This document shows, piece after piece, positions 18,190 through 26,340 of a DNA stretch of 64,000 nt (position 1 is the first letter of the stretch; every line of letters begins with the position of its first letter). Made by a program: the position numbers and the translations under genes. The notes beneath the pieces were generated by a model. It ran no database searches and was not told where the DNA came from. It saw nothing but the letters and a program-made list of their open reading frames with translations. The DNA is from an uncultured Lachnospiraceae bacterium (GTDB taxonomy: Bacteria; Bacillota; Clostridia; Lachnospirales; Lachnospiraceae): assembly GCA_902765725.1 (NCBI GenBank), contig CACXAT010000010.1, positions 2,542 through 66,541 of the forward strand, read 5' to 3'.

Positions 18190-18230
18190 CAGGGCGGGAG
18201 GCTCAGACCTCCCGCCCTGCTTCTGTTCTG
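18190..18230 (+). terminator. Intrinsic terminator after cstA
   Basis: CAGGGCGGGAGG-ctcaga-CCTCCCGCCCTG, 12-bp stem, then CTTCTGTTCTG. Confidence 0.75.
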
Positions 18231-18406
18231 TATACAGGCGTCATGGATCCGTGGTTACAGTTCATTTCAGTAGGCGAAGGCGGTCAGCTGTGCTATACTG
18301 TGGGAGCGGTCCGGCCGGAAGGCCGTGTACGGGCCGCGGAATCTGCCAGACGGCGGCATCTGCCGCGGGGGCAGATGGAATGTGAGAGAAATGGGAGGAT
18401 GGGGAA

Positions 18407-19405
18407 TTGCCCAGATTATTCGGAAATCAGTCACTGCCGGCAGACACGCTGAAGGCAGACAAGAAGGCCTGCAGGAAGATCGGCCCCCTCGGAATGGGAA
18501 GAAGGGCGCTCTACCTGAACAGCTTCTATATCAGCCGCATGTACTATGTGGTCTGGACGGACATTAAGAGAGTCTATAAGCTGGTCGCCATGTCAAAAGG
18601 CGGCTTCACCGGTATCGGCGCCTTCGGCTCCATGAGCTATCTTGTGGTGGAGCTTCGGGACGGTCGCACCAAGCGGTGCCAGATCAAATACGAGCACCAG
18701 ACCGACGAAGCCCTGGCCTGGATCGCGGAGCATCATCCGGAGATCCCGACCCAGAGCGAGGCTGCCGGGAAGAAGCTGGAAGAGGCGAAGAAGGCGGAGC
18801 AGGCACGGTATAAGAAGGACCTTACGGTGGAGGAGAAGAACCGGCTGCGCATCCTGGAGGAGGCCGGGGAGTATCTGGAGAAGAAGCCCGCGCTCTATCG
18901 GAACCTGTCCTGGAGCGCAGGAAAGATGCGCGCCCAGCAGATGGTCAGTCCCCAGAAGAGGATCCTTGGAATCTGCATCATGGCCGGAGCTGTCCTGCTG
19001 CTTGCGGTTGGCATCGCCCTGACGGTGAGCCGTCATCCGGCCGGTATCTACATGATCATGTTCGGAGGTGTCTTCCTGCTGTTCTCCCTGTCAGGCAATC
19101 TGGTGCCGATCGGGAAGAACTCCCCGAAGCGGATCAAAGAGGAATGGGACGCAGCCGTGGCAGAGTCTGAAGCCTATATCAGCAGGAGAGATGACTTCCC
19201 GGTACCTGCAAGATATGCCCACCCGATCGTTCTTCGGCGCATGGCGAGAGTGATACGGGAAGGCAGGGCGGACAGCATCCCCCAGGCCCTGGAGGTGGTC
19301 AAGCAGGACCTGAAGGCCCTGAATAAGTCCGTGACCGTGTCCCAGCAGGAGTATGATGAAGTCGTCGCCGTCAAGCCCCTGTTCCTGGTATCCGACTACC
19401 GGTAA
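18407..19405 (+). CDS. Conserved hypothetical membrane protein (two central TM helices)
   Basis: 332-aa ORF with host-like codon use and TTG start after GGGAGG; no nucleotide-binding motif visible. Confidence 0.7.
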   Translation: MPRLFGNQSLPADTLKADKKACRKIGPLGMGRRALYLNSFYISRMYYVVWTDIKRVYKLVAMSKGGFTGIGAFGSMSYLVVELRDGRTKRCQIKYEHQTDEALAWIAEHHPEIPTQSEAAGKKLEEAKKAEQARYKKDLTVEEKNRLRILEEAGEYLEKKPALYRNLSWSAGKMRAQQMVSPQKRILGICIMAGAVLLLAVGIALTVSRHPAGIYMIMFGGVFLLFSLSGNLVPIGKNSPKRIKEEWDAAVAESEAYISRRDDFPVPARYAHPIVLRRMARVIREGRADSIPQALEVVKQDLKALNKSVTVSQQEYDEVVAVKPLFLVSDYR

Positions 19406-19501
19406 CAGGGACGGGTCAGATGTCCGGCGCACAGGCGTCCGGAAGATGTCCGGCAGCCGGATATGAAAGCCGATCCATGAAATCGGAATGGACCGTGAGG
19501 T

Positions 19502-20428
19502 ATGAATATGAGAGATCTGGAACAGTTTCTGAGACAGGAAGGTGTGGATGAAGCCCTTCTGGAGGAGGCGGCGCAGTTTCGAGCCTCCCACCAGGCCGCG
19601 GAGGATGTGCAGGGGCGGATCCCGCAGCCGGTCTATACCTATTATGGCAGGGAGGTCTGGGAGAAGGCCATCGCCGCGGTTCTGTGCGGTGAGAATCTCC
19701 TGCTTGCCGGTCCCAAGGCAACGGGCAAGAATGTACTTGCCCAGAACCTGGCGCTCCTGTTCGGGAGGCCTCTGTGGGACGTCAGCTTCCACGTCAATGT
19801 GGACGCGGCCTATCTGATCGGCTCGGACACCTACGACGGAAGCCGGGTGACCTTTCGGCCGGGCCCTGTATACCAGAGCGCCGTAAAGGGCGGCTTTGCT
19901 GTTCTGGATGAGATCAATATGGCAAGAAATGAAGCCCTCGCAGTGCTGCACGCGGCCCTTGACTTTCGCCGGGTGATCGATGTCGCGGGCTACGACAGGA
20001 TCCAGGTGGATCCCGCGGCCAGATTTATCGGGACGATGAACTACGGATACGCGGGGACCAGAGACCTCAATGAGGCGCTTTGCTCCAGATTCGCGATCCT
20101 GAATATGCCCATGATCGCCGAGAACGACCTGAACCGGCTGGTGAGCGATGCATTTCCCACCATCCGGGAGCAGATCCGGAGCCAGTTCGTGCAGCTCTTC
20201 TATGAGATCGAGCGCAAGGCACACAGCGCCGAGATCTCCGAGCGGGCCCTCGATCTGAGAGGCCTGCTGGATGCGCTGGCACTGATGCAGAAGGGCGTCC
20301 GCAGCGGCGACGCGCTCCAGATGTGTATTGTCAATAAAACCTTTGACGAGTACGAGCGCACACTGGTGACGGACATGATCTCAGCCAGGATTCCGACAGA
20401 CCTGACCCGGGCGGACGTGTTCAGCTGA
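19502..20428 (+). CDS. MoxR-class AAA+ ATPase (CbbQ/NirQ/NorQ-like)
   Basis: Walker A GPKATGKN, Walker B VLDEINMA, GTMNYGYAGTRDLNEALCSRF. Confidence 0.88.
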   Translation: MNMRDLEQFLRQEGVDEALLEEAAQFRASHQAAEDVQGRIPQPVYTYYGREVWEKAIAAVLCGENLLLAGPKATGKNVLAQNLALLFGRPLWDVSFHVNVDAAYLIGSDTYDGSRVTFRPGPVYQSAVKGGFAVLDEINMARNEALAVLHAALDFRRVIDVAGYDRIQVDPAARFIGTMNYGYAGTRDLNEALCSRFAILNMPMIAENDLNRLVSDAFPTIREQIRSQFVQLFYEIERKAHSAEISERALDLRGLLDALALMQKGVRSGDALQMCIVNKTFDEYERTLVTDMISARIPTDLTRADVFS

Positions 20429-20465
20429 GGCGAAGTCACAGGCGGCAGAGGATGACGGCACAGAT

Positions 20466-22232
20466 ATGATCAAGCAGCATTATTCCGGCAGCGCGAGGCG
20501 CTCTGTGAACATCATATGGAACGCGGCGATGAACTATGATTTTGATCCGCCCTTCCTGGCATTCTTCACAAATGGCGAGCCGGACGATTATCTGAATATG
20601 ATTATCGGCCTCACGGTGAAATGGCTGGACTTTGACCGGATCACCGATTTCTTTCTGCGCCTTGGAGAGGGCCCGACGCTGGATGAGGCTTCCAGCATCC
20701 TGTGGCTGGGGATCGAAAACTGCATCTATGGCATGGAGCTGCGGCAGCGCCCCATGATGGAGCAGATGCGCGCCTGCAGGGCCCGGGAATTCTTCCGCAT
20801 CAGCGGCATGCTCTCCGAACAGCAGATGTCCTTCATGAGCATGAAGGTGTACGACCAGGAGGAGGCCCGGTGGGCGAAGGTCCTGGGCAGGAAGGTGCTG
20901 GATATCGGACCTTCGGCCAGAAAACTCGCCCGCGAGCTGGAATTCGATCCTTCCTGGGATACGGACAGGATTCTGGAGAAAATGAATGAGATCCTGAAGA
21001 CCTGGTTTAAGATCACTCTTCCGGACACGCCCGTCAGAGCCGCCCGCAGGATGCCGGCCTGGAGGAGGGCCCTGGCAAAGGTGCTTCCCGGTAGGGAGAA
21101 TCAGAGCGCGGATCTTCTGGTGCTTCGCAGGGGGAGCGGGAGCGGAGACAAGAAGGGAAGCGTCCACCTCACCCACAGCCAGGGAGCGCTCCCGGTCTCC
21201 AGAAATGAGCAAAGAGACCTGGAATACATACAGACAGCATTCGGTCCCTGCATGTATTCTGCCCGGGAGATGAGCATCCTGGAGGAGAACCTGTGCGTTG
21301 AAAATGACAGCGCCTGCAGGCTCTGGTTTACGAGAGAGGACCGTGCCCCGGGCAGCAGGACGGCTGCGGGAGAGCTCAGCCGCGAGGCGCAGCAGCTTGC
21401 AAGAGACCGGCAGCTGCAGAGACAGCGCAATGAACAGTATTATCATGACCATATCTTCCGGATCCGGGAGAGCATACGGAACCTGACCGCGCAGACGGAT
21501 ATGATCTTCAGGTCTTACCTGCGCAGTCTGCCCGCATCCGCAAAGCATGGAAAGCTGGACGGCAGAAGGGTCTGGAGAGTTCCGGTCCTTGACGATATGA
21601 AGGTCTTCCGGACCGATTCGGACATCGCCGAGGCAGACATTACCGTGGATCTTCTGCTGGACGCCTCACAGTCCAGAATGAATTCCCAGGAGCTGATCTG
21701 CACCCAGGCACTGGTGATCGCAAGGAGCCTGGAGGAATGCGGCATCCCGGTGCGGGTCACCGCCTTCAGATCCCTTCGCGGATACACGGTGCTCGAGCGG
21801 CTGAAGGAGTACAGGGACCGGAGAGGGGAAGGCCTGTTCGGATATTATGCCGGCGGGTGGAACCGGGACGGCCTGTGCCTCAGGACCATGGATTACCTGC
21901 TGGAGGATGAGAAGAAACAGGGAAACGGCGTAAAGAGGATCCTCCTGGTGCTCACGGACGCAAGCCCCAACGACGCAGTGCCGCTGGCGCAAAAGAGCGG
22001 CAGCCTGTTCTCAAGGGAATATGAGGGAGACGCGGCAGTGCGGGAGGCAGAGGCGGCGGTCCGCCTGCTGAGAAGCCACCAGATCAGCTGCGGCGCCCTG
22101 TTTTACGGCGCGGCCAGCCATCTGGACAATGTGCACCAGATCTACGGACAGCACTATGTACGCATCCGCAGCCTGAACCAGCTGGCAGACGGTGTCTCGC
22201 AGCTGCTGCAGATGAATCTTCGGGAGATGTAA
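20466..22232 (+). CDS. VWA-domain partner protein (NorD/CbbO/CobT-like)
   Basis: GKLDGRR, MIDAS LLLDASQS, WNRDG, VLTDASP; directly follows the AAA+ gene. Confidence 0.82.
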   Translation: MIKQHYSGSARRSVNIIWNAAMNYDFDPPFLAFFTNGEPDDYLNMIIGLTVKWLDFDRITDFFLRLGEGPTLDEASSILWLGIENCIYGMELRQRPMMEQMRACRAREFFRISGMLSEQQMSFMSMKVYDQEEARWAKVLGRKVLDIGPSARKLARELEFDPSWDTDRILEKMNEILKTWFKITLPDTPVRAARRMPAWRRALAKVLPGRENQSADLLVLRRGSGSGDKKGSVHLTHSQGALPVSRNEQRDLEYIQTAFGPCMYSAREMSILEENLCVENDSACRLWFTREDRAPGSRTAAGELSREAQQLARDRQLQRQRNEQYYHDHIFRIRESIRNLTAQTDMIFRSYLRSLPASAKHGKLDGRRVWRVPVLDDMKVFRTDSDIAEADITVDLLLDASQSRMNSQELICTQALVIARSLEECGIPVRVTAFRSLRGYTVLERLKEYRDRRGEGLFGYYAGGWNRDGLCLRTMDYLLEDEKKQGNGVKRILLVLTDASPNDAVPLAQKSGSLFSREYEGDAAVREAEAAVRLLRSHQISCGALFYGAASHLDNVHQIYGQHYVRIRSLNQLADGVSQLLQMNLREM

Positions 22233-22233
22233 T

Positions 22234-23721
22234 ATGGGATCTGCGAATCTTCCAACTGAATTTCTGAATGAGATGGAGAAGCTCCTGGGCGAAGAATACC
22301 CGGAGTTTCTCTCCAGTTATGATCAGCCCCGCAGAAACGGGCTTCGCGTGAACCGTCTGAAGGCAGACCCTGGGCAGTTCGCATCAAACGCACCCTTCAG
22401 GGTGGAGCCCATCCCATGGGCGGACAACGGGTACTACGTGGATTACCGGGACCAGCCCGCAAGGCACCCTTACTATCATGCCGGCATGTACTACCTGCAG
22501 GAGCCAAGTGCCATGGCACCGGCAGCGCTTCTGCCCGTAAGGCCCGGCGACCGTATCCTGGATCTGTGCGCCGCTCCGGGCGGAAAAGCGACGGAGCTTG
22601 GAGCAAGACTTCAGGGCCGGGGACTTCTGGTTGCAAATGAGATCTCCGCGGCCAGGGCCAGGGCCCTTCTTCGCAACATCGAGGCCTTCGGGATCGCCAA
22701 CGCGCTGGTGACAAACGAGACGCCCGAGCGGCTTGCGGAGCGCTTCCCGGCGTTTTTTGACAAAGTGCTGGTAGACGCGCCCTGCTGCGGGGAGGGCATG
22801 TTCCGCAAGGATCCTGACGTGGCCAAGGCCTGGTACCCGGCGAAGGTCGAAGAATGCGCCGCCATCCAGAGACAGATCATCCTGCAGGCGGCCGATATGC
22901 TCCGGCCGGGCGGATATATGGTATATTCGACCTGCACCTTTGCTCCGGAGGAAAATGAGCTGATTCTTCTTCATCTTCTTCGCTGCAGGCAGGAGATGGA
23001 ACTGGTCCGGATCCCCTGCGAGGGAGCGCTGGAGAGCTTCAGCCCCGCGTATTCGACAGACATGCTCAGAGAGTGCGGCTATCTTCTCCAGCAGGAAGAA
23101 AAGGCGCAGGACAGCGCAGCGGCTGGAGATAACGAGATTGACCTGACGAAGGCAATCCGGATCTGGCCCCACAGGGCCGGAGGCGAAGGGCATTTCACAG
23201 CCCTTCTCAGAAAAAAAGCAGAAAGCAGGGACTCCGGAAGGAATGCCCGCCAGGCGCCTGGAAAAGGCCGCCGCAGCCAGGGGCCTGCAGGCCTGTCCAG
23301 GGAAGAGGCCGGATATCTGAAGGAGTTTCTGGACCGTTTCCTCCCCGGGGCAGATCTGGACGCGGGGCGTCTGGAGAACCACGGCGGCAAGGTCTATCTC
23401 TCCGCGGAGGGGGCGGCCGGGATCCGGGGGATCACCTTCCTTCGCAACGGCCTGTATCTGGGGGATCTGAAGAAGAACCGGTTTGAGCCCTCACAGGCGC
23501 TGGCGATGGCACTTCCCTCGGGAGCGCAGGGAGATGAGCGGATCTCATTTTCCCCGCAGGATGAGCGCCTGGCGCAGTACCTTCACGGAGAGACTGTGCG
23601 CCTGGAGGAAGACAGGGAAAACGGCTGGTATCTGGTCTGCGCGGACGGCTGTCCGCTGGGCTGGGGCAAGCTTGCGGGGCGGCAGCTGAAGAACAAACTG
23701 CTCCTTAGCTGGAGAGTATGA
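22234..23721 (+). CDS. rsmF: RsmF/NOL1/NOP2 rRNA m5C methyltransferase
   Basis: YLQEPSAM, LDLCAAPGGKA, DAPCCGEGMFRK, VYSTCTF, EGHFTA, C-terminal PUA-like region. Confidence 0.9.
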   Translation: MGSANLPTEFLNEMEKLLGEEYPEFLSSYDQPRRNGLRVNRLKADPGQFASNAPFRVEPIPWADNGYYVDYRDQPARHPYYHAGMYYLQEPSAMAPAALLPVRPGDRILDLCAAPGGKATELGARLQGRGLLVANEISAARARALLRNIEAFGIANALVTNETPERLAERFPAFFDKVLVDAPCCGEGMFRKDPDVAKAWYPAKVEECAAIQRQIILQAADMLRPGGYMVYSTCTFAPEENELILLHLLRCRQEMELVRIPCEGALESFSPAYSTDMLRECGYLLQQEEKAQDSAAAGDNEIDLTKAIRIWPHRAGGEGHFTALLRKKAESRDSGRNARQAPGKGRRSQGPAGLSREEAGYLKEFLDRFLPGADLDAGRLENHGGKVYLSAEGAAGIRGITFLRNGLYLGDLKKNRFEPSQALAMALPSGAQGDERISFSPQDERLAQYLHGETVRLEEDRENGWYLVCADGCPLGWGKLAGRQLKNKLLLSWRV

Positions 23722-23765
23722 CCGCAGGATACGACAAGTAGGATTAGTACGATAAGGAGAGAGCA

Positions 23766-24683
23766 ATGTTTCTGATTGTAGCGAACCAGATGGTGGTCAT
23801 GTTCATTCTGATCATGGTCGGATATTTGATCCGCAGGGTGAACCTGGTGGACCATGCCGGGTCCAAAACACTGTCCAACGTCCTTCTTCTGCTGGTCAAC
23901 CCTGTTCTGATCATGAACAGCTTTCTGACCGTGGAATACGATGTCTCGAAGGTGCGAAACCTTCTGCTGACCTTCCTGTTTGCCGTGATCACGCATCTCC
24001 TCGGGATCATAGCTGCCAGGATCATGCTCCCGGGAAAAGAGCCGGACAACATGATCGAGCATTACAGTGCCGTGTACAGCAACTGCGGCTTCATGGGGAT
24101 CCCGCTGGTCCAGAGCATACTCGGAGCGGAAGGCGTCTTCTATGTCACGGCCTACCTGGTGGTGTTTAATTTCCTCACCTGGACCCACGGACTGATCATC
24201 ATCACGGGGGATGCTTCCCCAAGGCAGCTTCTGAAAGGGCTCAGGAGTCCGGTCATGTTCACCATGCTGGCCGGGATCGCATGCTATTTCCTGAAGATCC
24301 GCATACCTGCCAATGTGGGGTCCGCGCTTACCTATATCGCCGGCATGAATACCCCGCTGGGCATGTTTGTCGCAGGCGCGGCGTTGGCCGAGGGCCATCC
24401 GCTGGCAGCCCTGAAGAAGGGACGCGTATACATGGTGGCGGCTGCGAAGCTGTTTGTGATGCCGCTTCTGGCCATGGCCGTCATGCTGATCTTCCGCCCC
24501 ACGGACGCGGTGTACTATACCGTGATCGCGGCAGCGGCAAGTCCGGTGGCTACGACCTGCACCATGATGGCGCTTCGCTATGACAGGAATTACCACTACG
24601 CATCAGAGCTGTATGTCGTGACCACACTCATGTCCATGGTGTCGATCCCGGCAGTGATCGCCCTGGCTGAGATGCTGTACTGA
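23766..24683 (+). CDS. AEC (auxin efflux carrier)-family transporter
   Basis: About 10 TM helices, YSNCGFMGIP, NTPLGM, VVTTLMSMVSIP. Confidence 0.88.
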   Translation: MFLIVANQMVVMFILIMVGYLIRRVNLVDHAGSKTLSNVLLLLVNPVLIMNSFLTVEYDVSKVRNLLLTFLFAVITHLLGIIAARIMLPGKEPDNMIEHYSAVYSNCGFMGIPLVQSILGAEGVFYVTAYLVVFNFLTWTHGLIIITGDASPRQLLKGLRSPVMFTMLAGIACYFLKIRIPANVGSALTYIAGMNTPLGMFVAGAALAEGHPLAALKKGRVYMVAAAKLFVMPLLAMAVMLIFRPTDAVYYTVIAAAASPVATTCTMMALRYDRNYHYASELYVVTTLMSMVSIPAVIALAEMLY

Positions 24684-24703
24684 GAAGAGAGAGGAAGGGG
24701 GCT

Positions 24704-25222
24704 TTGGCAATGGCCGGTCTGAAGATGAATTACTGCATGCAGTGCGGCGCGAAGCTTACCACAAGACACCTGGATCTGGAAGGGGAGGTCCCTTACTGTG
24801 AGACCTGCGGGGAATTCCGTTTTCCGGTCTTCAGCACCGCGGTCAGCATGATCGTGACGACCAGGGAGCGGGACAAGATCCTCCTGATCAAGCAGTACGG
24901 CAGGGACAGCTACATCCTTGTGGCAGGCTACGTCAACAAAGGAGAGGATGCCGAGGACGCCGTGGTGCGCGAGGTCAGAGAAGAGATGGGGCTTAAGGTC
25001 ACGGAGGTTCATTTCAACCACAGCCGGTATTTTGAGCCCTCCAACGTACTCATGCTGAACTTCACAGCCATCGTGGAAGACACCAGAGTGCACGAGAACC
25101 GGGAGATCGATTCCTACCGCTGGTTTACGCCTCAGGAGGCCCGGGAGAACGTCAGATGGCCGAGCCTTGCGGGAGATTTCCTTGACGGATACCTCACGGG
25201 GGATTATCATTTTACGAAATAA
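24704..25222 (+). CDS. NUDIX hydrolase with N-terminal zinc ribbon (NudC-like)
   Basis: CMQC...CETC; Nudix box GYVNKGEDAEDAVVREVREEMG. The start could be ATG 24725. Confidence 0.85.
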   Translation: MAMAGLKMNYCMQCGAKLTTRHLDLEGEVPYCETCGEFRFPVFSTAVSMIVTTRERDKILLIKQYGRDSYILVAGYVNKGEDAEDAVVREVREEMGLKVTEVHFNHSRYFEPSNVLMLNFTAIVEDTRVHENREIDSYRWFTPQEARENVRWPSLAGDFLDGYLTGDYHFTK

Positions 25223-25246
25223 GTATTTAGGAAGTATACTATCAGA

Positions 25247-26164
25247 ATGAATTACAGAACTAGACGGATTCTGCTCATCGTGCTTGTGAGCATCCTCCTT
25301 GTGGTCACGATCCTGTTCATGTGCCTGCTGATCTTTGACAAGGATCTGGAGCCTGTGCTCTCGAAGCTGCGCGAGACAGAGGCAGTGACGGAAGTGGTCG
25401 CAGAGACAGAAGCGCCGCAGACCGAGGCGGCGACAGAGGCCGAGCCTGTGACAGAGATCCAGACGGAAGCGGAGACAGAGGATCCTCTGATCGCTCAGAT
25501 GAACTCCATCTACACCTTCTCACAGGGTCCGGTCGCCTGGGAGCGGAAGACCCCTTACTCCGGGGAATGGTGTGAATATGAGATGGAGGGCGGTAGATTC
25601 AGCGTATTTGGCTGCGGCCTGTGTGCCCTGGCCAACATCTACAGCTCACTGACGCCCTATGAATGCTCGCCAGTGGCCATGTACAGGTATGCCATGCAGG
25701 CCTCGGACTATTCGCCGAGCTGGGGCTACGGAGCCATCGACTGGCCCTATATGGGGCAGACCCTGAGGAGTCTGGGGTTCAAGGTATCGTTCCGCAAGAA
25801 GGATCTGAACTATGAGACCTTCCGCAGGGCATACAGGAATTCCCTCACGGCCATCGTGCTGGTCAGCAGCGAGGAGGACGACACCTACTGGCAGGATACC
25901 CCGGGCCACTATGTAAACCCGTGGCTGTATGATGAGGAGCGCGACATGGTCTTCCTGGGAGATTCGGGCAACCCGGACCACAACCGTTCCTGGGTCCCGC
26001 TGCGCTATCTCTACGATGCCATGGCCCACGACAGCTCGTATCAGTACATGCTGGTTCGCTCCTACGATGAGGACCGGAACACCTGGAAGTATTCCGGGAT
26101 CGAGGAAAAATGCACCTTCCCCGCGTTCTACATGCCCAAGAGCGTCCAGGAGACGGAGAGCTGA
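25247..26164 (+). CDS. Membrane-anchored C39-like cysteine peptidase with acidic Thr-rich linker
   Basis: N-terminal TM, TEA-rich linker, GCGLCALA (Cys), GHYV (His), GDSG (Asp). Confidence 0.65.
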   Translation: MNYRTRRILLIVLVSILLVVTILFMCLLIFDKDLEPVLSKLRETEAVTEVVAETEAPQTEAATEAEPVTEIQTEAETEDPLIAQMNSIYTFSQGPVAWERKTPYSGEWCEYEMEGGRFSVFGCGLCALANIYSSLTPYECSPVAMYRYAMQASDYSPSWGYGAIDWPYMGQTLRSLGFKVSFRKKDLNYETFRRAYRNSLTAIVLVSSEEDDTYWQDTPGHYVNPWLYDEERDMVFLGDSGNPDHNRSWVPLRYLYDAMAHDSSYQYMLVRSYDEDRNTWKYSGIEEKCTFPAFYMPKSVQETES

Positions 26165-26234
26165 GGGACGGAAGGCAACTGGGAGCCGGAAGACGCCCGG
26201 GAGCCGTATAAAACCGAATACTGTGAATGAAGAG

Positions 26235-26290
26235 AGGACAATGATGTCGGCAATGGATCATTTCTAGACGTCATTGTCCTTTTATTTTTC
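26235..26290 (+). promoter_or_regulatory. Leader terminator overlapped by an ANTAR-type hairpin upstream of murT
   Basis: AGGACAATGATGTC (26235-48) pairs with GACGTCATTGTCCT (26267-80), followed by TTTATTTTT. The 5' arm itself folds as GAC-[AATGAT]-GTC. Confidence 0.65.
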
Positions 26291-26340
26291 TCTGCAGCCT
26301 CTGCAGGTGGAAACAGTGGAATCATAAGAAGGATAAGATT

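Noticed and set aside
18407-19405. Calling this protein a P-type or other ATPase
   Set aside because: No DKTGT, Walker A or Walker B motif is visible, so it is left as hypothetical.
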